DNA of 64,000 bases from Antedon mediterranea. Its lineage: Eukaryota > Animalia > Echinodermata. Positions 13,709 through 25,420 of the stretch are shown piece after piece (the first letter of the stretch is position 1; the number at the start of each line of letters is the position of its first letter). The DNA lies in the NCBI RefSeq assembly GCF_964355755.1, contig NC_092676.1, forward strand, positions 15,022,871 to 15,086,870, read 5' to 3'. Made by a program: the position numbers and the translations under genes. The notes beneath the pieces were generated by a model that saw nothing but the letters and a program-made list of their open reading frames with translations, was not told the origin of the DNA and searched no databases.

Positions 13709-14220
13709 ACAGGGCCGTAGCCAGGATCTGTTAAGGGGGGGGGGGGAGGTTTCGGACACTAAGTATTTGGGTCACTATATTTCATAGCCAAACATAATTA
13801 GCCTACTGTAGGTAACCGCAGCGTTCCATTTTTTATGTACGTCAGAAGGCTATATACTTTATGCATGCTGACTGGCAGTGATATATATAAACAATAGGTA
13901 CGCGGTTGTCTGGCGGTGTGTACTTTGTACGAATCGTTCATGGCCTAGCTCGCTGTAGTGCGGTATTCGTGTCAATATCATGTTATATCCAGGGACCAAA
14001 AATGCGTATTTATTTTTCAGGTGAAAATCGGCAATTAATTTGCTACTACTCTTTGAAACAGACAGACACGTTATCGCTCGACGTACGCTCATACAGCAGG
14101 GAAGAAGTTAGAGCTATTCACGAACAAATTTACGATTTTTAAAATTTTCGAATAACCCTTGTACTGTGGGTTAAGGGGCGGGGGGGGGGGGTGGTTCGCC
14201 CGAATCTATATCTACAGCAC
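13709..14220. mobile_element. MITE remnant with a CAGGGCCGTAGCCAG terminus
   Basis: CAGGGCCGTAGCCAGGAT plus poly-G at ~13710; second poly-G near 14180; a similar terminus recurs at ~41519. Confidence 0.4.
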
Positions 14221-15606
14221 CACAACATAACATGTTTACAATTATCACATTAAAACTAATTTATTTATAAAAGCATAACTTTCAATCATCATTCCCGTAA
14301 ATTAGTCTCATTTTTTAAAATAATTTAGTTATGGTGTACCACGATACGAGCACCAACCAAAATTACAAATTTGTTTAATAAACCGTGTTTACGCGAAATA
14401 CAAAGGCCTGTTGAATAATCCTACCGCTGCACCCCAACCATTATCTAGTTCCGTTTACACCAGACATTGTTGTATAATTATAAGTCTACATGCAGACACC
14501 ATACGCCAAACTATGTCACCATGTATTTAATGAACAATACTTACTGGCGACTATTCACATCATGTTTTTGTAATTGCTTTTGCAATATGTCATATGAACC
14601 ATGTTATAGGCCTACTTACTACGTTGGTCTCCAGAATCACCTTCAGAATGTTCCCTCTTTCTTGATTCGTGGTGTTTTTCGTGTTCATTACATTCCTGGT
14701 TGGTATCGATATCATTTAAGTCGTCATGAGCGCTTGCCATTTTGTTCTGCAATGCGTTAGTTAGGCCTAACAATAGCAGAATGTCGTTGTAACATTACAC
14801 AAACACTAAGTACATAAAATGTATTATTTATAGCTATTTCCTCGTAATAATGTGTACTTTGTTAGTTATTGAGAAGAGGCGTATTTAAATATAATTGTCT
14901 GGGAATTTCCAGTTAACATGGTAGAGGGCGGGCGTCGGACTATGATTGAAATCTCCAGCGTTGGTCTTCAGTTTGACAGGGAGATGTTAGGTTATAAATT
15001 GGGTATAAAAGTCTAATTTTCTCGTAAAATCCCAAGTTTTGCAAGATGCAACATCAAGAAATGTTATTACCTATATACATAGAACCTACGGATGAAATTT
15101 TATTAGGGTACGTTCTTATACCATGGTGAGGGTGATTTTTGACTGGACTATAACAGACAGTGCTAACGAATCCATGTCTCTCTCTCCCCCCCCCCCCCCT
15201 CTCTCTTTATTTCTTCATCAACATTCTCACAATCACATAACATTCTGTCGTCGTCATCGCGTTGGAAGAGAGAAAAACACAATATTTTTTTTTTCTTTCA
15301 AACGTTTAATTGTATTATCACTACCATTACTACAATGTTTATTGCGGCATTGAATTGATTATTACTACACTACAATTTTTAGTTTTCTTAATGAATTCGT
15401 TGTTACTATTATATTGAGGTAGACGCAACGTTAAAATTGCATTGATTTGTACAATAAATTATAAATAGAAAGAGAGAAAAGAGAAAAACACAATATTTTC
15501 TTTTTTCTTTCAAACGTTTAATTATTATTATCACTACTATTACTACTACTACAATTGCGGCATTGATTTGTACAATAAAAAATTACTAATACAAAATAAA
15601 CTACTA

Positions 15607-16236
15607 CTACAAAAACAACAATGTTTTTTTTTTTAAAGTCAATGGATTCGTTGTTTTTTTCTTAATATTGCATTGAGGAAGACGCTTTCGTTTTGTCAGT
15701 TGTTGGCGCATCTCATCCCGCAAAGTATCGGCCATCGAAAGCAAACTGTCTTGAAACGTAGAAACCATATCGGTTTCTCGTTTTTGAAAATTTTCTATTA
15801 CTTGTTGATATTTGATTTCTCTTTCTTCCGATTTGGTGATATGATTTTGGAATTCTATCAACATAGTATTGAATTGTGTTTGTAAAGTAGTCAGTTTTGT
15901 TTCTGTTTCACGCAAATCTTGGCGTGCCTGCTCCAATTGGCCTGAGTTGTTGAATGCCAATGTTAGATGAGGGTAGATTATTGACATCACTAATGAAACC
16001 TCTCGTCGATGGATACTTGTCCATTAGAGAATCTTCTAAGATTCTTTTTCGCTTGTACTGAAATTTTTCTTTTAATACCGTCATTTGATCTGATATCTGA
16101 AGAATCATCTGTCTTGACATCAATCATAAATGCACGATTAATTTGTAAGTCGAATCTTTCTTTTTCGTATGGAAGTCTGCCTTTAACAAAAACTGTGGCT
16201 CTACCACAGAGTCGGCAGAGTTAGTTCATCACGTAC
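15607..16236 (-). pseudogene. Decayed transposon-derived coding fragment: CRLCG..F.IDVK.D motif followed by a coiled-coil segment
   Basis: Frame ..N*LCRLCGRATVFVKGRLPYEKERFDLQINRAFMIDVKTDDSSDI, then frame changes into the 127-aa coiled-coil-like ORF; stop and frameshifts present. Confidence 0.5.
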
Positions 16237-16976
16237 CTAAAAATTGATTAATAAAATTTGTTTTGTCAGTCTTAAGATGTAAATTGAATAAAATTGTTAC
16301 ATACTTTCAATTGTTTTTTTTTTCTAAATGTTTGGAATTAACTAATTTTATTAATATTATTCCCTGAATATCTTCCATGCTTCATACGACTATAATAATA
16401 ATAATAATATAAGTTATAAAACAATGGATACCATCCATATAGCCTATAGCCTATATAGCTACCCTTTTCTACTTTGTTTTGTCCCTGGACCCTGCGCGCC
16501 TGCTGCCGGATAATATGAACATATTCTAGCAAGGTTAGAACTCCGAGTATAAATCAATTATAAATAAATTGCTAACCATCCAAATTAATAATAATATTTA
16601 GGCCTATATCTGTCTCCAACTAGGGCCTAGCTAGGCCCGCCCACAGAGCCTAGGCACTAGCTTCAGGAACAATAGTACCACTGTCAAATGCTTCATAAAC
16701 ACATAGCATGATAGACATCGTGACACGTGAACACGGGCTAGGCGCCGATCCAACCGATTTAACGGTATTTAAAAATCATTTTTTTACAGATAGGCTAAAG
16801 GGGCTACATACAATTTTTTGTTCAGTTGATTAATATTGTATCTTACCTTTATATAAAAAGGGATCCAAGTGTATGTATCTTTTCAATTTCTTTAAAAATG
16901 ACTTTGAAAACCTGGAAATAACCGTAAACTTATATTTTGTAACAACAATTATGGTGACCGAAATATACCGAGAAAC

Positions 16977-18656
16977 CGTATCCGGATATTCACCCCCTGG
17001 ACATTTACCCCCCGGACAACTACCCCCCGGACAACCACCACCTGGACCACTACCCCCTTAGGACAACTACCCCTTTAGGACAACTACCCCCCGGACAAAT
17101 ACCCCCCGGACAACTACCCCCTTAGGACAACAACCCCCTTAGGACAACTACCCCCTGGACAACTACCCCCCGGACAATTACCCCCTAGGAACAATTACCC
17201 CCCGGACAATTACCCCCCGGACAATTACCACCCAGAAAACTATCCCTTTAGAACACCCTAACCACCCAGACCATTCAACAACCTGACTCTGCAACTATTA
17301 ATTAATAACTATATTTTAATTCGTTACTTTGACGAATTACTATTCATTATTGTAAACAAAAGTAAAAGATTGAACATAAATATAGCCTGGTGGTATAAAC
17401 TGAAGATTGTCACACATGATCATAGGATAGTCGAACGTATTATATAGTACTCCATGTATTTACTGTAAAGACTGGGTTCGCTAATAATAATAATAATTTT
17501 TGCGTCAGGACAATGCTTCGATAACCACTGGTCTTAAAAGAATTAATTTTTGTCTCAAATTTGTCATATATGTATTTTTGTACACTTGAAGAATAATATC
17601 ACTTTTGATATTTGACCTCAATGTTCACTCACCGAATAAACGTCGATCTTTAAATAAATTCCCCTCAAATAAACGGTGACCATGTCACTCCCATGAAACA
17701 TCATATGGAATAATCGGCGTCTATTTCCATTAGATTATACCCCCTCCCATTGAATAAACAACTTTCTTCCAATAAATGTCCACCTAAAACCACCTAAACA
17801 ATAAACAGCCCAGGCCGTTTTTTCAATAAATACGGTACTTTAAATCTAGCACATCTAGGGTCTAGCGTGCTGTTAAACAGAATAATCGGTTAAAAACGGG
17901 TGTTTCGAAACTAGAGACCCGAGACCAGAGACCAGAGACCCGAGACCCAATACGAAAAGGGAGACCTAAATATACGAAAAGGGAGACCCACGTATGAAAA
18001 GGGAGACCCCACTATACGAAAAGGGAGACCCTAATATACGAAAATGGAGACCTAAATATATGAAAAGGGAGATCAAATATACGAAAAGGGAGACCCAAAT
18101 ATACGAAATGGGAGACCTAAATATACGAAAAGGGAGACCCACTATAAGAAAAGGGAGACCCCACTATACGAAAAGAGAGACCACACTATACGAAAAGGGA
18201 GACCCTAATATACGAAAAGGGAGACCCAAATATAGGTCTCCCTTTTCGTATTGGGTCTCGTGTCAGGTCTCTGGTCTCGGGTCTCTAGTTTCGAAACACC
18301 CGTTAAAAACAGATGATTTCATTTTTACAGAAACCGGTCCTATATATTTGTCTACTTTTGGATTGGAGGCGGGGTAGTTGACCGGGGGGTAGTTTACCGG
18401 GGGGTAGTTGACCGGGGGGTAGTTGACCGGGGGGTAGTTGACCGGGGGGTAGTTATCCTAAGGGGGTAGTTGTCCTAAGGGGGTGGTTGTCCGGGGGGTA
18501 GTTGTCCGGGGGGTTGTTATCCTAAGGGGGTAGTTGTCCTAAGGGGGTAGTTGTCCGGGGGGTAGTTGTCCGGGGGGGTAGTTGTCCTAAGGGGGTAGTT
18601 GTCCGGGTGGTAAACATCCGGGGGGTAACTGTCTAGGGGGTAGGTGTCCTAGAACC
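16977..18656. mobile_element. Mutator-like non-autonomous element with minisatellite arms
   Basis: Inverted arrays of ~15-16-bp GGACAACTACCCCCC units (16980-17250) and their complement (18370-18656); flanking direct repeat CCGAGAAA at 16968-16975 and 18657-18664. Confidence 0.8.
17898..18301. mobile_element. Mutator-like MITE nested in the previous element
   Basis: TIR GGGTGTTTCGAAACTAGAGACCCGAGACCAGAGACC; perfect 9-bp TSD GTTAAAAAC (17889-17897, 18302-18310); internal 21-22-bp tandem ATATACGAAAAGGGAGACCC. Confidence 0.9.
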
Positions 18657-19029
18657 CCGAGAAAGATCGAGGAGTTGGGTTTATTTGATTACTATGTTTC
18701 CCGCGGATTCCGCGATCGAACAAAGAAAGTGCGCATGAAATACTCAAATGAAATTCTTGTGCGCAGGTAATATATTATTGTTTGTATCTTTTTTGTTAGA
18801 CTTGCCCCAAGTCTGTATTATCTTTTTTTTATTTCGACCGCGATTTTTGTCTGAAAAAAGTATCCAAAATCAAGTAGTATACGTATGAAACGCCATATGT
18901 GCCAAAATATTTATCTGTTTACTAATATTAAGACAAAACTCCGTCTGAAACCCAGACTACTTTTTTGTTTACACCACCATGACGTCGTTTCACTAGTTCT
19001 GACCGATAGAGGGCCAGGTAATTAGCGGT

Positions 19030-21221
19030 GGCCAGCCGGCCGCGATTTTTTTTTCCGTACGAGAGTTCCTCCATCGGTTCGTTTCGTACTCAATCGACTC
19101 TCTTCGGTATTCGGTAAAGTCAGCTCACTGATGCGTGACAACATAATACAATTTACATTTACAAACCGCGAGCTTAATTTCACACAGGCTCTCACAATAG
19201 TAAAATAAATCTACACTAATACGAGTTTTGATTTGATGACATTAATTAATAAATACTAGGCCTACTTAGTAATTACATTAAGAACCCAATAGCATATTGA
19301 AGATATTTAGGTCTACGACCCAATAGTAGGTCGTATCAGATATTATTTTTTGAAGTTGAACGACCTTTTGTCACGAACGAGAGGCTCTTTTTCTTATCGT
19401 TTATGGTATTGTACTAGCCCATGGCTAGGTATTACTTTTGAATTTAAAATGATTATGTACAGTAGGAATTCCTATGCACAGTGTATGTTTTTTATACCTT
19501 TTAAAATAATATTATTAAATTAATATTTATATTGTAAGGTAATGGAAATTTTACGTTAAAGGTGTACGTATTAATTATCCCCAATCTTGAAAAAAAGATT
19601 TCAGACTTTTAATAATAGGCAACTTTGGAGTTTTAATTAAGTTATAGGCCTACAACTAATATTATTGTTTATTATATGTAATTTGGAAAATCATAAAAAA
19701 TACATGCAAAGTAAAAAATATTCAATTACGGTACTGACACGACTGCAATAGTACAAATACATTTAATAATAACACATTTTTCAGGAAGCTTATAATTATA
19801 TGTGATACTATCATCAATTATTAAATTAACACAATATTAAACGCTTTATAAGCAAGCATGTGTTTCTATACATTACAACTTACAAGAATACATGTTACTA
19901 ATACCATAGAGATATTATAGTGAACATAATATCTCTATGCTAATACTAGGCCTAAATGTATACAATTTTTCAAATGTTACACTTAAAAACCTGAAGAAAA
20001 TTGTAATTTTCTTGATAAAAACATCTGTTAGTGTTACTTCTGTACATATAATTTCTAACCTACTACTTCATTTTATTAAAATAAAAAATAGTACTAGACT
20101 GTAGATGGAATGTACTACATTGAAGCACACGTACGTAGGGCTAGGCTAGCTGGCCTTGCTTGTGACGACCAACAAAGTGCTGCTGCTGTGTGTGTGTGTT
20201 ACTGTTTGTGAATCTGATGGTACATACATTGGTTTGTGGCTGCCTATACAGTATTATATTATTAAAATTCTAGGACTATTATTATTATTACAATGACGTT
20301 CAGTACTACTATTAATATTTATTATTATATTTACAGTGAGTATAGTATTAGGCCTCTAGTATAGTATGTATAAATTTGTCACTCGTGCAAAGAAGCTGCT
20401 CACGTTTTGTGATACGGGTTGGGTAGGTTTGGCCAGTATGCGTACCTTTTTATGGCCAGCGGGCGTCCCGGAAATTGCGCAATATGGCCAGCGGGCGTCC
20501 AATTATTGCGCAATATTTGTTCAATGGCAGCGTCCGCTCCGTGCGTGTGAAATACGTACAATGCGACACAGATGGCGCTATATACATAATTAATTTTATA
20601 TATACAGAATTTGCAAGTAGGGCAAGGCTGAACTGAGGCCTCTAAAATCCAATCTATCTGTTCAGAGCAGGCTAGTAGCCAAAGTTAAACTGATTTAGTA
20701 AATTATACTACTGTATTTTAGGGCCTAATTAATAACAATAATTATTAATAGTTTTAACTATTATAATGTCAATCAAAAAACATTTTAAATGAAATTTCAC
20801 ATTATTTAATATTTTTTTTCTGATAAATAATAATAGTACGTGGCCGGCCGGCATCTCGCGCGGAAAATGTAAATATAACGCCCTCTCTGTCGCATTGTAC
20901 GTATTTACACACAGAACAAGAAAATTTAACTGATGAATTATTCATGTTTATTTTGTGACGTTTCATGAAGGGGTCCCCAACTTATGTACGAAAAAAAAAA
21001 TCGCCGCCCGCTGGCCATATTGCGCAATTTCCGGGACGCCCGCTGGCCATAAAAAGGTACGCATACTGGCCAAACCTACCCAACCCTGTAGCGTTTTGTG
21101 GTTGCTGTCACGCATCAGTGAGCATCGGTGGCTTACCGAAGAGTCGATTGAGTCCGAAACGAACCGATGGAGGAACTCTCGTACGGAAAAAAAAATCGCC
21201 AGCCGGCCATATAAAGAGTTA
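19030..21221. mobile_element. Long-TIR non-autonomous DNA element
   Basis: ~110-bp inverted arms 19030-19141 and 21101-21210; right end ATATAAAGAGTTAC resembles a TTAA-type terminus; left tip degraded. Confidence 0.75.
20415..21088. mobile_element. Nested foldback MITE (hAT-like GGGTTGG..CCAACCCTG ends)
   Basis: ~80-bp near-perfect TIR GGGTTGGGTAGGTTTGGCCAGTATGCG..; second inverted pair ~20545-20590 and ~20867-20912. Confidence 0.8.
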
Positions 21222-22346
21222 CGACATTGGATTATAGTCGATCACGTGATATGCAGATCAAAATGTGTCAAACTTGTCTCCATTAATGCATGTAAAGTAT
21301 AGGAGCAACAAAATACTTTCAACTTTTTCTTATATTTAAAAAAATGTAATTGCACATTTTACGGTAAAATATCGACGTGCACAGCGTACAGAAGTACTTG
21401 CGCCAAAGAATATTGCGCGTGCGTGCGTTAGTACATTATAACGTTCTATTGATTGATTTTGGAACAAAACATCCCATAACTACGTCCTATTAATAAAAAT
21501 TATGTAATATTTTCAATTCATAATGCATGCTTTGATGACTAAATAAAATAATAATGTGTTGAGGATATATTTGTTAATATACTGAAAAGGGTATGAACAA
21601 TATTAAAATAATAAAGGCAAATTATTACAAATGAAATGATGAACGAGTCTCTGAATGTTAATAACGTTGGCGGCGCATTTTGTGTAAAAAACACACAGAA
21701 AGCCATATACTGCATAAAAATAGGGGTGAATTTGTTTGTTTTTTGTATTGGTTCATTCTTTGATGTATCCTAACTTCCATGTAGGCCCTAGCATTTATTT
21801 GTTTGTTATTATAACAAATATATATATATTTTAACAAATCAATACCATTAATAAAATTATTTACTAAAATAAAAACGGAATCTAAGCGTTATTTCATTGA
21901 CAACAAAATCTAAAAATAATGCATGAACGGATCATGAGTTTGAAAGGTGAGTGAGTAAACATCCTGAGGCAGTTTGGAATAGCCAAGGCTATGCGGTTTG
22001 TTTGATGCAGTAGTAGCATATTGCACACATCTTTTAATTGGATTAAAGTAGAATCTGACTTCGTACTCTCTCCTTTTATTTTACATCTCCCTGCTTTAAC
22101 TTTAGAAACTTAAACTTTCAGGTAAAAGGTCTTAATGAAACAAAAACAATAATCTCAAACTCGACAAATTTAAATTAGGCCTAGGCCTAGGCTAGGCCTA
22201 TACCTATCCCCAACAAAAGGCCTAGATGTGTTCAATTGTGGTTTAGTATCTTAAAACTGTGCATCTCTCTCCCTTTCGTGAGGAAACTCACTTCTATTTC
22301 ATTTCAAACTTTCAGTACTACAGAAATAAAAATATCAAGATTAACC

Positions 22347-22503
22347 GGGATTCCGGCCCGATGCCACCTTGTCTATTACCAACGGCCATTGCCACCCGGC
22401 CAATTACCCGCCCGTCCTATTACCCGCCCGTCCTTTTTGCCAACCGGCCTTTTGCCAACTTAGGCCTTTTGCGGCCTGGCCTTTTGCAGTAATGGGCAGA
22501 CCC
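22347..22503. mobile_element. Collapsed Mutator-like MITE remnant
   Basis: GC-rich short tandem units between GGG and CCC ends, with GATTAA on both flanks. Confidence 0.4.
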
Positions 22504-22944
22504 GATTAAAACTTATAAAAACATTTACATTAGGCCTACATGCATATTGATTTCTATTAAATTCCTAATTTCTATCGGAAAATGTTTCAAACCATTGAGT
22601 TTGCATACACTTTTCTGACTCAATTTGATTTTGTCGCAACATCAAGTCATTTATGATCTGCCAGTTATCTGCCATTTCTCTGTATGATGTCTATAAAAAC
22701 AAGAACTGCTGTTCTTTTTACGATAATCCCTGCATTTTTCGTACAGGAAACAAAAACCGAAAACACTTTTCATCCTAGAGCTATTAGATTACCATTAATT
22801 CTGTCTGACGGAAATATTGTTTTCAAAAGTTCAATCAGATGACGTCATTATAATTGTTTGAAGGTTTGCATGGCGAAATCAAATGTTGATATAAAGTTTG
22901 CGGTACACCACGTGTACTTATTTAGTTCTGAAAATAACTGTTGA

Positions 22945-22992
22945 TTTTCTCGACGTTTCGATCAATATGCTTTGATCGTCCTCATGAGAGTG
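22945..22992 (-). ncRNA. Degenerate minimal type I hammerhead ribozyme (Penelope-like remnant)
   Basis: Minus strand CUC-AUGAGGA-C-GAUCAA..UUGAUC-GAAA-CG-UC-GAG; the first C of the CUGANGA core is replaced by A. Confidence 0.5.
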
Positions 22993-23077
22993 AGAATGTC
23001 ATTATAATTAATATTGTGACGATACAACGTTCCAATTGTTCTTTTTGAACATGACGTCATTTGATTTGATTTGATAC

Positions 23078-23130
23078 CGGACCGACAGACCGACATAGTG
23101 AACTATAGAGTCGCGTCCACGCGACTAAAA
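23078..23130 (+). mobile_element. 3' terminus of a Helentron/DINE-like short element
   Basis: GACCGACA repeats followed by TATAG-AGTCGCGT-CC-ACGCGACT-AAAA terminal hairpin. Confidence 0.45.
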
Positions 23131-23350
23131 ATACCAGGCAGCATAAAATGGTTAATACCTATTTAATTAGTTCTCGTAATTAACGAACGCGGACTGGGAT
23201 TAAAGGCAGTGGTCAATTAAGTCTGTATAGAAAGGGAAGGGCTCACAACTAAAAAAAGTTTACCATCCCCTCTTGGGGAACCGTGGCCAATCGCAAATCG
23301 CACAATCACTGGCCCATTTAAAAAAAACTATAATTGCTTTACACCAAACC

Positions 23351-25420
23351 GGGTAGTAACAAAGTGCGAGGCAGCGAGGCACGCGAGGCAGGGAAGGCAT
23401 GCGAGGCAAGTCAGAAATTTATGCGAGGCATCGTTTTACCATCATCAAAAAATGCGAGGCATCATTTTATCATTTCTCAAAATTGCAAGGCAGGAAATCA
23501 CCGAAATTGAAGTAGCCTAGTAGGCCTAGGCCCGCTAGGCTAGTTTCCTTTTGCACCTGCCTTGTAATTTAACCAAGGCTTTATCCTGAATACCACAGCT
23601 TAGAATTAGTAGGCCTACTTTAATGAAGAAAAATCACATAAAAGTAACAATAAATCCATTAAATTGGTGATTTTACAGACGTTGTTTTTCTCGCATTTCG
23701 CACACTCAATGTTCAATATTTTGGTTTCTATGGAACGCCAAAAGAGCAAAATTAATTAGAGGGCTAAAAACTCTGTGGAATCCATTTATATTTAACGCAT
23801 TATTTGGTGAAAATCAAGTACAATTTCAATAGATTTTGTCACTGTCAGTAAGGAAAAATGTTACTGTTGATAATGTACACGGTTTCGTTAACCTTTTAAA
23901 GAATAAAATAGAAAAATTCATCATAATATCCTTAGTAGGATGTCCTAGGTCTAGACTAGGTAGTGATGTTGATTTAGGATCGATTATTATTCTTTGAAAA
24001 CAGAACAGTATCAGCAGTAACATATTACAACATTTTTATTGACAAATTAACAAATATATTGAAATAAAACGTGTTTTTCACCAATAAATGCATGAGAAAT
24101 TGACGCATTCCACTGAGTTTTAGTCCTCTATTATCGTTGCTCTTTTGGCGCTCCATAGAAACAGAAATATTGAACATTGAATAAGTGAAATTCGCGAACA
24201 GTGTGCGAGAAACACGCCTGTAAAATCATTAATTTAAGGATTTATTTGTTACTTTTTATGTGATTCTTTCATTAAAGTACTCATGAGGTATACTTCTAAG
24301 GTGTGGTATTCACACGATAAAGTTAGTTATCAAATTTGGAGTAAAAATATAAGCGAAGGAAACTAGCGCCAGGTTTATTAGTACGTACATGGACAACAAT
24401 AAATAAAAATCGTTCGTAATATACCTAGCTTACTAAAACAGGAATAGTGTATCATTATTAAATATTACACCAATTATTATTTTATCAAAATTGATTAAAC
24501 TATTTTCTACATAGGCCTTTATCTAGGTTGGGGCTAAGCATATTAGCTAAAGTTTAATTTTAGGCCTAGTATTACAATTGTCGGACGTAAGTCTTTTTTC
24601 ACACGCGCTCCAGAATTCTGTCGCAATTTTTTTCTTTGCGGCATGTTATTGGATCGGCATATCAGTTACCTTTTATTCACCGCCAGTTATTGAACTTGTC
24701 CTGGCAATCGCTGTTCACCTTATTTGCGAGAGAGGTACACGTGTTGTTCCTAGAGAATGGAATGTCAAAAATGTCTTTGGCACGCCGCTCAGAGAGAAGT
24801 CTGTGCGTTGCTGCTGAAACCACGTGCTATAGGAGGGGAATGCACCACAATCCTCTGAGCTGAGGGCTGAATCATTCCGCTACCTGCTAAATAGTAAAGA
24901 GGGATTTTCCATCTCTCGGGTCTACCGGATCTAGGCGCAGGGGTGTGACAAAATATTATTTTCACTCTGCTATGTTCGAGAGACATGTGAGTGAACACGC
25001 TCGAAATGCCAACAAACATTGGAGTCATTTGATGAGTGTGTCGCTATAACAATTATTGTTTATCGAAAGTTGAAGACTGTCGTTCAGATTTTTGAACCGT
25101 AGTTTGGGCACTTTTGTAAAAGTAAAATTTGACACGATATGACTTGAATGAAAAAACAATCGTTACATAAAAATAAACAACATGATGAGTGTATACACGA
25201 ATCTATTTAGATACGCTTGTATCGATTGATTATTAGGCCTATAATATAGCATAATAGCACGTTAAGATATGCCTCGCACCTTTTTGAAATTGTAAACTAT
25301 ATGCCTCGCATGCCTCGCACTTTTGGAAATGATAAAATTATGCCTCGCACAAATATTTGGCATGCCGCGCATGCCTCGCTTGCCTCGCGTGCCTCGCTGC
25401 CTCGCACTTTGTCAACACTC
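23351..25420. mobile_element. Mutator-like non-autonomous element, 2070 bp
   Basis: TIRs built of GCGAGGCA units (23351-~23495, ~25268-25420); perfect 9-bp TSD CACCAAACC at 23342-23350 and 25421-25429. Confidence 0.9.
23540..24366. repeat. Diverged foldback with ~280-bp inverted arms inside the Mutator-like element
   Basis: 23540-23815 is reverse-complementary to ~24075-24366 (e.g. TTTCTATGGAACGCCAAAAGAGCAA vs TTGCTCTTTTGGCGCTCCATAGAAA). Confidence 0.7.

Noticed and set aside
16873-17061. Collagen-like PPGQLPPGQ ORF
   Set aside because: Translation of the 15-bp GGACAACTACCCCCC minisatellite arm of a MITE
17940-18240. Regular 21-22-bp repeats and the 127-aa ORF at 17994-18377 as a CRISPR array or repeat protein
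   Set aside because: No unique spacers, eukaryotic context, and it lies inside a TIR/TSD-bounded MITE; the ORF is a by-product of the repeat
19479-19486. CACAGTG heptamer as an RSS-like TIR for the RAG1-like fragment
   Set aside because: Isolated 7-mer inside another element, with no nonamer or matching opposite end
20366-21302. Several 75-115-aa ORFs
   Set aside because: They coincide with GC-rich TIRs of nested MITEs and show no protein motifs
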